A DNA stretch of 64,000 nt from Mobula hypostoma (taxonomy: Eukaryota), in contig NC_086106.1 in assembly GCF_963921235.1 (NCBI RefSeq), positions 23,684,001-23,748,000 on the forward strand. Direction: 5' to 3'. The translations under genes and the position numbers were made by a program. The notes under the pieces were generated by a model that saw nothing but the letters and a program-made list of their open reading frames with translations, did not search any database and had not been told where the DNA came from. Positions 10,654 to 22,645 of this stretch are shown piece by piece (position 1 is the stretch's first letter; each line of letters starts with the position of its first letter).

Positions 10654-12504
10654 AGCTTGGTTCTTTGTTGGCTGCTAAGTATAATAGCCGCTTTCTATGC
10701 GTCAATAGGTCATTTGTTGACCTTGCATTTGTCTAAATTTCAAGATATTCCTTGAGATTATTATTCAATAGATTGAGTCGCCTTCATCCTATTTCTCTTC
10801 AATGTGTTCCAATGCACATTCAGCCACCAAAACTCCGCCTCTAGTCTTTCACCTGACAAAGGAAACGATAACGTTCTATTGTTTATTTTTTTCATTCACC
10901 ATTTCGAAGAAGAGCCTCTTTCGCTTGCATTGGGGTAGATGCAGATTCTGTAGTAAAATATTGTTTATTCTCCAACATACTACTGTGTTAAAATCTAACA
11001 TATTCCGAAATTTATTATTAATTGCAGTTTTTAACATGCAAACTTATCGTTTTATTTGTTTTTACTTCAAAATATTTCTTTCAAAGCTATACCGGAGCGC
11101 CCCCGTATGGATTACGAAATAACGGCAATCTAACATTGATGGTGTGTTCAGATCAATCACAAAGAACAAGCAGGTGGGTGCTCTTGAATTTGAATTTTAA
11201 TTAACCGTTCACCCACACTGAGCCAATCGAGGAAGATGTAATTTATAGAGCAAGCATTATTTTTTTCTTTCCTCAGGATTGCACAGCTGCACCTCTCGTT
11301 TCAAGAAATAACATCAACACCACTCATAACACCATACAAAAAAGTTTGTGTAATGAGTAGAAGGAACACTGTGGACAATAGAAAAATAAATGGGTAACGT
11401 GAACACCGAAAGTTTTATAGTGAGAAAGTAAATAAATACATAAATAAATATATGTTAACGGCAAGGCTTGCCGAAGTGTGAATGATATGAGTAGTCAATA
11501 TTCGTTGATATGTTCAATCAAATCAATCATGTCAAATTTATTTATAAGGCATTGTTAAAACAACCCATGTTGTCTAAAGTGATGTACAAACCATAGCAGG
11601 TAGCTAAAATGGAAAATGCAAGAAGCACAGATACAAACAACAAGGCACACAGCTTTTCACACCCGGTATTTCGCTGATCTTTTGAAATACGTTTCGTCCT
11701 TTTACTCTGGAGTTACTTCGGGTTCAAATAAAAACAGGCTAAACGCATCGCTTGTGTCCCGGCCGTTAAATTCTCCTAATCAAAACAACGTCGCAGGCAA
11801 TCCAATTTTTCGAAAAAAAAAATGGCGATGGAGGGAAAATACCGGAGGCACAATAGCTATTCCTGTGCGATGCCTTTGGATTCAATGTTCACAAACCCTT
11901 AAACTCTAATGAAGATCATAAAACGTGTTTGATAAAACAATCTGCGTGATATATTACTGCGGGATGGTTATAAAGTACTCACCTAGGATTTCAGAACTTC
12001 CTTACGATCATGTCTGGTCTCTGCCGCGAGCTGAAGATGCCAATACCTAAATGCTCAACGCGTCTGTGGCGTGCACACAGTCACACAACTGAACAAACCA
12101 GTCCCAGCTTTTGTTTTATTTGAACGCAAGTTATTCTACTTCCGAAGCTCCAACATGGACGTGTCAACCTACAGCTCTCATTGAATGCAAAAGGAAGCAT
12201 TAGATATTATGGTTTCAGACTCCTCACAACAATGTGTTTCCATTTTTGATTCACTTTTTCTTTTCACTACTTTTATCTACTTGATTGAACTCAGTACGTG
12301 TTTCTATATTTATTTGTTTTATTCTTTATTGTAAAGGTGCACAAGATTTTAAGAAATATTACGAAATATGACGGTAATATTAAACTTGATTTTAATTGCG
12401 ATTTTACGTTTCTATGAGAAACATTTAATTTCTGGACAAGTGATTAAAACACAAATGTAACACTCAAAACGAATATAGGGTTATAAAAGATGTATGATCA
12501 CGAT

Positions 12505-12745
12505 AAGACCAATAGGTTATGGGAGCAGACTTGGGCCATATGGCACATCGTGAGCTACATGCCATTTCATCATGCCTGAAGCAATTTTCCGCTTGGCCCC
12601 AATTTACCTACCGGCTTCTCCACGTATCCGTTCATACATTGATCAATCAACAGTCTATCAAACTCTGTCGTAAATATCTAAATAAACTTGTTCCACAGCT
12701 GTCTATGCCCAAACGATTGCACAGGCTCACAATCCACTGGCAAAA
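12505..12745 (-). mobile_element. Decayed CR1 3' end
   Basis: The reverse complement resembles the end of CR1 ORF2 and its 3' UTR (..ggccc..tctgctcc..ggtcttat). Confidence 0.6.
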
Positions 12746-12769
12746 AAAAACATCCTCCGTAATAGCAGA

Positions 12770-13188
12770 CACCAACAGAAACAATACACTGATTCGTAAG
12801 GCCAGTGATGTTGTGGGGGTGGAACTGGTGGCGTCTGAAAAGAGGATGCTGTCCAAGTTGCATACCATCTTGGAAAATGTCTCCCATCCACAACATAATG
12901 TACTGGCTGGGCGCAGGAGCACATTCAGCCAGAGACTTATTCCACAGAGATGCAACACAGAGCGTCATAGGAAGTCATTCCTGCCTTTGGCCATCAAAAT
13001 TTACAACTCCTCCCTTGGAGGGTCAGACGCCCGGAGTCAATGCTGGATTTATTTCTTGGCATAATTTACATAATAGTATTTATCTATTTATGGTTTAACT
13101 ATTTATGGTTTTAATATTATTAATTATTTATTGTGTTACTATAACGAAAACCAATTTTCCCCGGGATCAATAAAGTATGACCATGACA
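12770..13188 (+). mobile_element. Rex1/Babar-type LINE 3' end
   Basis: ORF 12519-13064 C-terminus LIRKASDVVGVEL..KRMLSKLHTILENVSHP..STFSQRLIPQRCNTERHRKSFLPLAIKIYNS, then tail aataaagtatgaccatgac. Confidence 0.8.
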
Positions 13189-13929
13189 AAAATATCGCCT
13201 CTCCATACCGAGTCTGTTCCTGTGTGGTCAGACACTCCACCGTATACCCACTCGATCAAGAACTTCGACGATTTGAGATGTTCCGGTGAATTGTAATGAA
13301 TAGACAAAAATGTCATCTGGCGCTTCTACAAGATATTTTGAGATAAGCTCTAATAATCGTAAGTTCTGTTGTCCTAATGAATATTTAAATATTCAACATC
13401 TTCGATATAGGTTGCATCATAGAACAAATGACTGCAAATCCATGTTCAACTGTAAAGGTAACAAGACTACAACCTGTAGACCTCAATGTATTTCTTCCAT
13501 ATTGGCAAATCATACAAAAAGTTTGTAATTATTTTTCAGTAGCGTAGATTAGGGTGACTTCAGTGCCCTGTTTGGAAACACCTGCTAGTTCAGCTTACCC
13601 ATTGCTAAAATCCGTAATTTCAAAGTGTTTCAAGTGTGTATTTACTTTTTTTTTCCTTTCAGGAAATAAAGTGAATCTTCTGTCCTTATTTCTATCAAAC
13701 GCTTTAAGACGTCATATTGCAAGCCAGCTAACTGCTGTGTGGTTATGAAACGTTTCTTCTTCTGCACCCCTTTTTTTTATTTTTATATTTTCTTCCAGTC
13801 TGTATAGTTTGTCTATAAACCTCTCAGCATTTCCAAATCGTTGACCGTGTTGTAGTTTCCGGAATACACTCACGAAAAAAAAAAATATTTTCTGATAACA
13901 TCACCATGAGCATATGGAAATGAAAAGGA

Positions 13930-14660
13930 TCTGACAACACTGAGAAAAACACAACTAAATGCTGGAGGATCTCACCAGGCCAGACAGGTTCTAATGGAGA
14001 AAAAAGAAAGTATAGTCGACGTTTCACTTCGAAACCCTTTGGCGGGAGAAACATAAGCAGAGGGATAGATTTAATTGCTGCGGTACAGGTGTGAGAATGA
14101 CCAAGTTACATTAAAAAATGTCGGTGTTTCCATTCCGACGTCCATCCGTGGCCTCATACAATGTGCCGTTGAGGCCACACTTAGTTTGAAGGAAAATCCG
14201 TGGTATTCTGTTTGAGTAACCTCCAACCTGTTGGCATGGTCATCGATTTCTAAAACTTCCGTAGTGCACTCACTGCATTTCCCATTCTCCTTTCCCTCTC
14301 TCACCTTATCTCCTTGCCCGCTCATAGACTGGTTCTGCTGTCATCAACCACCCCACCCCCACATTTATTTTCCTCCATGACCTTCAGCCTCTTTTACCAA
14401 TCAGCTGCCCAGGACTTTACTGCATGCTTCCCCAGCTAGAGTTCACATTTCTCCTAGTGTTACTCTCTGCCCTCTGAACCCCCACCTCAACCTTTTCAAT
14501 CTTATCCTCGGATTTCTGTTTTTACGTCTTCTGTCCGACCGAAATATGTCCTATTGAAACGCCAACGGTACTTTTTTTCAATAGCTGCTGCGTGGCCTGC
14601 AGAATTCCTACGGCATCCTGTGGGTTGCTTGGATATCCAGCATCTGCAGATATTTCTTCT
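13930..14660. mobile_element. Penelope-like element terminal remnants in inverted arrangement
   Basis: 13950-14040 (aaatgctggagga..caggcc..gtcgacgtttc) and 14530-14650 (gaaacg..gctgctgcgtggcctgc..ccagcatctgcag) are opposite-orientation copies of the same terminus seen at 22646 and 57415. Confidence 0.6.
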
Positions 14661-15538
14661 TTTTCTTTTCTGTGAGCTGACAACACTGAGAAATGTCTGT
14701 CGTTACATCCAATTGCATAGTTAACGGGAATTACGAGCTGCCAATTGCTGAAAGACTCTCCTGAAATGCGATCAGCTATTCATGAAAACATAACATTATT
14801 TGTTCCGGGAAGTGTTTACCAGTTTTTCCCCCTGGTCCAGTCCACGCAACACACGCCAGCTTGCACTGCAGATGGCTTTGCTGAATTTTCTCCACTGGGT
14901 TGGGAATTATTTACTTCGGTAATCCGGAAAGTAGTTTGAAAGGATGGTCGGTGAAAAGGGTTTTGTGAAATGACAAATCCAAGTTTTGAAAGTGTCGCAA
15001 CGTTTCCGAATTTAGCCAGATTCGCAGACATAAAACGCATCCGTTGATGCATTTTCAGGATGGACAGACGTGATTTGCTCTTTTAGATTTGTTGTCTCCA
15101 TTACTCCATTCTAAATAATTGTTCTGCACAACAAAGTGGCAGTGGTGATCCGTCTCGGCCTAAAATGGAAGTGAAACTATTTAATGCATAGTTGTTATCA
15201 CAGTACCTGTAGCTAGATGTTTCACCTTTAATTGGGTCTGCAAAAAATACACAATAAAAGTGCCGTGAAAATATTACATATGATTCAATTAACATTTTTG
15301 AAATTTAATATTTTTCAAGCTTTTTCCAGTAATTTGTTCTGTAATTCTGCTTATACTAAGTAACCTGCATGCGAATTAAGTGCAGGAAAAGAGGTTCACT
15401 ATGTCAAATACGGCAGGTTTTGGAACTTACCCAAAGTACTAATGCTATTAAAGCCTCTGACGTTGTTGCATAGACAAAAAGGTGCACCAGCATCTTTGGC
15501 GCTTTTTCCTTCCTGGATTTTTTTTCTTGGTATGGATT

Positions 15539-16832
15539 TGTCATGGTCCTGTCCGTGAAGACCATATTCCGATTCACGGTCTGGTCCATCGACCCTTGCT
15601 CCAGGTTTTCCTATCTACCCTGCCTCTGTTCTTGTTGAGCTAATTGAGGCAGCTGATGTTTGTTGAGGCTGGCTGCATAAATACCTTCAGAGACCAGAGC
15701 GTGGCTGCTCGATAGCTCTTGTCCTTATTCCTTGTATACCTTGCTCTGCCTTCCGTTTCCTAGCCTGCAGCCCTGCCTTGTCTTGCCGGTAACTCTCGTC
15801 TCGCCTTGCTTTGCCAGAAACCTTCCCTTGTATTGCCGGCAACTCTCGCCTCACCTGAAGTTCTCCTCCAGCCCTGCATTGCCTGAAGCCTTGCCTTGTC
15901 TTGCTGATAACTCTCGCCTTGTCTCGCCTGCAGTCTTGTCCTGGAGCCACCCTGTACCTAACTCACTTCCTGTCCCTTGCCTCCGCACAGGTAAAGACAG
16001 GCCGTCTTGCCGTTACCTGGGGTTGGTTCTGTCCCTTCCTGTCCCTTGCCTCTGTCGGGTAAGCCAGGCCGTCTCGCCGCTACCTGCGGTTGGTTCTGTC
16101 CCTTCCTGTCTCATGCCTCCGTCAGGTGGGAAACCGCGCCCTGTCCAGGAAAACCGCGCCCTTCTCAGGAGTACCGTGCCCAGCCCAGGTGAACCGTGCC
16201 CTGCCCCGGAGGAGCCTGCCTAGCCTCAAGCCTGGAGACTCCAGCTTCCTGCCTTCTGCCAAGCCAAGTCTCTAGCCTCCTGACTCCTGCCATGCAAACT
16301 ATCTTGCCTCCTTCTTCCTGCTAGGCCAAGTCTCTAGCCCCCTGCCTCCAGCCATGCCAAGTCTGCAGCCTGTTGCCTCCTGCCAAGCCATGTCTCTTGC
16401 CTCCTGCCTCCTCCCAAGACAGTTCTCTAGCCTCCTGTTTCCTGCCAAGCCAAGTCTCCGGCCTCTAGCCTTCTGTCAATCCTCACCTCTGGTCTCTAGC
16501 CTCAAACCTGAAGACTTTAGCCCCGTGACTCCTGCCAAGCGTCGCCCCTATGCTCAACCCAGAGGACTTCAGCCTCGGCCTGCCTGCCTGCCAAGCCTCG
16601 TCCTTGCCTATTTCTGGCGCCCGAGCCAGAGGCAAGACCCAGGTACGGGCTCCTTGTCCAGTTTCTGGCTCGGAGTCCAACCCTGGGCCCTAGCTCTTTT
16701 GTCCAGTCCTGTTCCAGGTTATTAGTTTTTCTGTCCATGTCCTTGCCATCGCCCTGTATCCTAGCCCTGTTCCTAGTACTTCAGTTTCTGTGTCTTGCAC
16801 TTGGGTCCGTTCCCAGCCATGCCCGTATGTCA
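15539..16832 (+). mobile_element. Solo LTR-like element with internal tandem repeats (family A)
   Basis: Starts TGTCATGG and ends ..TGTCA. Flanks GGATT/GGATA are a 5-bp TSD with one mismatch. It is GC-richer, has internal repeats, and is homologous at both ends to 60349-61755 (minus). Confidence 0.7.
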
Positions 16833-17269
16833 GGATAGACATATTATAAGGAAATCAATGTCAGAACCAATACGGTGGGTTATTGTCGGAACACAATTCT
16901 CTCAGAAGTTAACCATCCCAAATCAAACATATTGCTATTGTTAGTAGTTTTCGGACATTTATTCAAATTATGTCATATTTCGCTAAATAAAACAGTGATC
17001 AGTCAATCAAATAAATTATCCTATGGGAAACCTGCTTGTGAGTCGTTGTTTTTTTTTATATAACGTCGTGTGTTTATTTTCGAATTCTTACGACTCTACT
17101 TCGCATGCCGGCAACTAGCCATTTCGCTGATGCTGCCTTTCCGTGTCTGTATTCGCTACTGCCCGATCATTTAATTTGGACAGTAAGATACTCATCGAAT
17201 CGGGAATACAAATTTTCTAAAATGTTCATGTGACGTCTTCCTTGTGTTATTACAGTGTATGTTGTCTGT

Positions 17270-18400
17270 AAGACCGTCGGACATTGGAGCAGAATTAGTC
17301 AATTTAGTTCATCGACTCGGCTCCACAATCGATTATGACTGTTGGCGGAATCTGGTCAACCTCATGCACATGCCTTCTAGCCACACCATTTAATGCCCTG
17401 CCCAATCAGTTGACAATCAAATTCCGCCTGAAATCTACGCAAGTAGATGGTCTCCACACAGTCTGTGGCAGAGCATTCCAGATATTTACTCATCTCTGGC
17501 TCAATAAAAAAAATATTCCTTACTTTCTTCCTCTTGCCTGTCAAATATTCTACTATCCATGCCACTATCTTTCCTATAACGACATATGATTTTATCTCGT
17601 TATGCAATTGCATGCGTTCATGTTATCAAACGACTTCTGAAAATCGAGGTAAATGACATCCCCTGCCTCTCTTTTGACAAACTTTCTCTTTACTTCCTCG
17701 AAGATCTCAAACAGGTTTGTCAGCCAGGATTTCCCTTTGCGGACACCATGCTGATTTTGACTTATTTTACCATTAGGGCCTGAAAACCACATCTTTAATA
17801 ACAGACTCTAACACTTTCCCAGCAAAAGACTTTAAGCTATCTGGTCAACAATTCCGTCTTTAAACTTCCGCCCTTCTCAAAGAGCGAAGAAATATTTCCA
17901 ATCCTCCAGTCGTCCGGGACCCTGCTGGAATCAAGCCATTCTTGAAAGATCATGATCAATGTTTCCGTTATCTCTTTATGCTATATTAGTTTCAACCGCT
18001 CCCAACAGCTCTAGTAAATCTGCCAGCAGGAATATTGGCTCCCTCATACTCAAATGCAAGTCGTCCCTTTTATAAGAGTCCCACTTGCTCACCATGGGGT
18101 CCCAATAATTTACTAGAATTTTTAATCCCCGGCCATTGCTCCAAAATCTGCATGTACACATTTATCTGCCACCTTATTATATTCATATCGTCCCCTGTCG
18201 CTTTACACAGGAAGCAATTCTGTGATTAATACGCTTGACATACTGTGTCTAAGCTCCTTCCTAACACTCTGTAATCGTCCCTTCCAGCAATTCCTCACCA
18301 TGCCATTTACCTCAGGAATTGGGCCTCCATCACCTCATTTAAATTCCAATCGTTACCAGTTTGAACTAACTACCCAGACCAGCTTCCCATCTGAAACTGC
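17270..18400 (-). mobile_element. Decayed, internally deleted CR1 (3' end, RT fragment, ORF1 fragment)
   Basis: Minus ORFs read NQHGVRKGKSWLTNLFEIFEEV..DVIYLDFQKSFD (RT) and KWDSYKRDDLHL (ORF1 esterase). Confidence 0.75.
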
Positions 18401-18677
18401 AGGATAAAGACCCTGCGACCACAACAGGGAGTTGCCAGATCGGTGGGCTATTCTTGTATGGGTAGCCTCGTCCTATGGCTCCTCGGACTAGCAGTTCTAA
18501 CGTCAGCATCGTTCCTGAATTCTCTAATTAAACCAAGACATCGGCTAAATACTCCTTCTGGATACTAATTCCACGGTCGCTACGACCATAAGGCCTCCCG
18601 ACACGGCCTCCGCGCTTGTGTTCAGCACTTCGGTTCGTAACACCGCCACGTCCTTGCAACTGAACGAACTGGCCAAA

Positions 18678-19200
18678 ACGAACGCAGCTGACACAGATCC
18701 CGTACAACTGGCCCTGGCCAGCCAGGGCAATCTATTGTGCGTCTTCAACAACTACTTCGGGAGATCACAGAAAACCTTCGGACACTATCCACGAATGTGC
18801 AGAAGGTCAGTGAACAAGCGTACCGATTCTCCACTTCTGTTCCCCCGTCGCCTTGGCTACGGTCCCACCGACTCTGGCAGCACAACTGCCAGAGACGGTT
18901 GTGGTGTCAGCAGAATGTGCTGCCAAAGACCCTCCGGCATCAGCGGCTTCACAATGGAGTGGAAGGCAAGCTCATGCTGGACCACATGAGGGCATTGCGG
19001 TAGCCAGGCCTAGCACAGAAGCGGAGATATTCTGCAAAGCACTACCCACCCCCGCGAATTCTCACAAACCGCATATCATCCCCCCCCCCCTCCCGGGGCA
19101 ACCTGATTACCTGCTTACCAGTTTCACCCTCAACGTTTCCCCCGATGGACACTGCTCGAAACGTTGTTCCAGCGCCACTCTGAAGTCCCAGTAGCTATGC
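18678..19200 (+). mobile_element. Ty3/Gypsy gag N-terminal relic
   Basis: With one frameshift it reads (T)NAADTDPVQLALASQGNLL / QLLREITENLRTLSTNVQ. This resembles fish Gypsy gag N-termini of the MDPA..DP...AL..QG.LLG.H.QLL type; the presumed ATG appears as ACG. The segment is GC-rich. Confidence 0.5.
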
Positions 19201-20224
19201 TGCTCATCTGACCTTAGACCGAGAATGGCCATTGAGGACAACCCTTCCACCGCCAGGGCAAATTGGTCTTCCAGCTGTTATTCTCTGCGGCACCTTAGCT
19301 TGCATCTTGTAAGGCAGCGGGAAACCGATTGCATTGTATCCATGGAGATATAGGGTGGACATTGTGGAGTGTATTACTTGGGCTCGTTGGTTCTACTCTT
19401 TATCCCATTGCCGTGCTGCTGCCTGCCGCGTACCGTCCTCCCATGACTGTGGCGTTTTGTGTTCCTTATGAGAGCTGTGACCGTTTCCGCGGATGTTAAG
19501 AAACCACATCCGAAGTCGTATCTCTTCGTTTTTGCCGTCAATTTCGCATCCCACATTGGTGTGTCACTAATGTGGCAAACATTGGGTATGTTAACAGACG
19601 AGAAAAGCACATTTATCTCAATTAGCGTGTTTATTGTGACATGTACAAAAAAAAGAAGACCGGGCTCTGTGATTACAACAGACAATTCCCGCAGACATAT
19701 ACAGATGAAGTAGGTGATTATTGCACACCCCCGTTACATTCAGGGTGACACACAAACGCACAAGCGATTACCGTAACTGTATAACCTAAGCTAAATTGTA
19801 ATACCAAATGAACTTCAACATCCCACCATGATCCCACAAATGTATTTGAAAACAAGAGCAATAAATAGTGTCCACTAGGAATGTTTGTGCGCCTGTCGAT
19901 CACGCCCTCGGAGAGCCATAGTATTATTAGGACTGAGAATGGCCTACAACCGCCCAACTGAGCGGAATGACTAAGTAAGGAGGACGACTTGCTTGATGAA
20001 ATAATCAATAAGCTACAGACGGAGCAGCAAATGTTCACATGATGTTAACGGAAGTTAAGTGTCGGGAGTCAATTAGAAGTGCAAATAGGTAGACACGGTT
20101 TTCGTATTGAGAAAAAAAAAACAGATTATCATATTGATAGTTATAAAATACAGCATTTATAATTAAAATTAGATGATCACAGTTTTTTTTTCCCCAAGCA
20201 AAAAATGCACACATATTGATCATA

Positions 20225-20450
20225 GGTTTGAGGTAAGATGAGGACTAATTAACCGTGACGTAAGTGCTATGTTTTCCAAATGGAGAGTTGTGATTGTGTG
20301 GAATGGTCTGCTGGAATACTTGTTAAAGGCGTGAACAGTTGCAACATTTAAAATACATTTTGCGTATATGTATTAAACCCCGCGACTGCAACCGATAATG
20401 TGGCGAACGAGCCGAAGGCTCAAGTCGATGAACAGAGATTACAATATGCT
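20225..20450 (+). mobile_element. Decayed CR1 3' end
   Basis: ..gagagttgtgattgtgtggaatggtctgctgg.. matches the RVV..WN.LP region at the end of ORF2. Confidence 0.5.
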
Positions 20451-21219
20451 CTGTACGCGCGGGTTAGAATCACGCACTCTTCTGTAAGTTTACAATCTCG
20501 CGGCCATTTCTATCTTTTTTGAAAAAAAAATGAGCTTTTAATTATACGTGAGGGGAATTCACGTATGCAGAAAACTCTCGTAATCACCCGTAAGTCAGAG
20601 AGGTGTGCTATGAAATATAAAAAAAAATGTTCAACACATATTAACTAAATTTTAAAATGTCATTCCTGCATTTTGATTATTTTAAAACCTGCCATAAATG
20701 CAATAAATTGAAGGCACTCCAACTTGCACCAAGTCTCCATTGCATAAATCAGGAAGACGAGTTGCATTTCCACGATGTCAGAAAAGGTCGACTTTGGTTG
20801 TCGCATGGCTGGGTTCATGGAGACAATAGCTCAGTCAAAGGGAATAGTGAGATTCTGAGATGAGCTGAAGATAGTGGGTGGAATAATGAGGGCTGAGGAA
20901 CCACAGACAGATTCAGCTGCGTTGGAAAGCGAAAGGCTGGAGTTGGAAAGCCAGGACAGATGGAAGATCGATTACTGATGAAGGAGAGACAGATCGGGTA
21001 ATGGTCAAATAGAGTGAAGTCTGAATTTGTCCATAGGTGATGTACATTGATAAGCAGGGATCGTATTCATCAGTGAGAAACACCTTGGGGATTATGGGGA
21101 TGATTGCAGCGACTGAAACTATTATCTTATAAACATTCATAAAGAAAATGCGCTGGACCGTTTGCAAGTTATTTAGTTAGATAAGTGGCCAGTATCGCAC
21201 GAGATACAGCCCAGCATAC

Positions 21220-22630
21220 TGTGGGAAGCGACTGAGCAGATTGCTGAAGCTGACTATAACGTATCATCAATACCGACGAGAGAAGTACCAGAGAAGTGGA
21301 CATTTGCAAATGTGTTTCCCTTGTTCCAGAATCTAAGTAAACATAACTCAGGAAAGTACTGACCAGTGAATCATATTTCAGTGGTGGGCACGCTGATGGA
21401 GAAGATACTGAGGTGCAAGATTTATGAGCATTTGGAGGTGGATAACCTGATAAGGGATATTCACCATGACTTTGTCAAGGGCTTGTGGTATCTTGCAAGC
21501 CTGATTAAATTATTTGAGGGTGTTCCAAATCAGAATGATGAAGTAGGGGAGTAGATGTAGTGTATATTGATATCAGGAAGACATCTGGTTGGGTTTACAA
21601 AGTAAGGCTTTTTCAGAAAATATTAAGGCATGATATACATGGAGACCTTGCTTTGTGGATCCAGAATTGTCTTGTCTACTGAATGCAAAGTGCGGTTGTG
21701 AATATTTCGTGTTCTACTTGGTGGACGGTGACCATTAGTGTTCGGTAATGGATCTGTTCTGAAACCCTTCCTCGTTGTGATTTTTATGAATAACCCGAAT
21801 AAGCAAGGAGAAAGGTGGATTAGTAAGTGTGCTGATGACACAAAAACTGAGGTTCTTGATCACAGTCTGGAGGCTTGTTAGAGATTACAATTGAATATCA
21901 ATAGGGTGCAGAACTGGGCCAAGAGGCGGCGGATGGATGTCAACCTAGATAAGAGTGAAGTGGATCAATTTTGAAGTTCAAACTTGAGGACAAAAAATTA
22001 CTATTCGAAGTCTCTGGACAGCGTTGCGTATCAGCAGTATATTGGTGTCCGTGTCCATGGGACAGTCGAAGCAGCTGCGGAGATTACGAGGGTTATTATG
22101 TAGGCGTCCGGTGTGATGGCTTTCATTAATCGTGAGATTGAATTCGGGAGTCATGAAGTAAATTTAAAGTTATGTAAGACTTTATTTAAACTCCAATTGG
22201 AATACTGTGTTCAGTTCTAGACAATTCACTGGAGGAACTTTGTATCTACTACGGAGAGTGTGCTGAGGAAATTTACAAGAACATTCCCAGGATTGGAGAA
22301 AATCACTTCTGAGAAAAGGAGGATACTCAGAGGGTTTTCCCCAGGGTTGAAAGAACTAACACGCAGAGATTTTGTTTTAAGTATCTTGGCAGTAGGTGCG
22401 TGGGGGATTTTGAAGGAAGCTTTTCTCATAGAGATTGTTAGGAGCGTGGAATGCAAATGCCAGCCACGGTGGTAGTAGCATACACAATACACTGTTTTTA
22501 AGAGAACATTAGAAAGGTACATCGAGTTAAAAAAAAAAAGAGCTATGCGGTAGGTAAATGCTAAGGACTTTCGAGAATACATTATATGGTCAGCACAATA
22601 TTGCGGGCCGAAAGGCCCATAACGTGCTTT
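21220..22630 (+). mobile_element. Decayed CR1 ORF2 (RT) to 3' end
   Basis: Fragments NHISVVGTLMEKILR..HDFVKG..LIKLFE and ISKCADDTK, and 3' end gggccgaaaggcccataacgtgct. Confidence 0.75.
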
Positions 22631-22645
22631 TGATTTATATCAACC

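Larger units (their letters stand above)
7235..11602 (+). repeat. Segmental duplication, copy B (contains V2)
   Basis: Paralogous to 1005-5337. It begins inside the CR1 ORF1 fragment and ends at the L2 tail (11514-11600). Confidence 0.92.

Noticed and set aside
11940-11965. In-frame YYC motif
   Set aside because: There is a stop 11 codons upstream, and no other V features or RSS.
14766-14811. 46-nt MRSAI... leader-like exon followed by GT
   Set aside because: The peptide is not hydrophobic (HENIT), the donor is weak, and no V exon lies downstream.
15732-16725. Long Pro/Leu/Ser-rich ORFs (also 60606-61229)
   Set aside because: They are products of GC-rich tandem repeats inside LTR-like elements and show no protein-family features.
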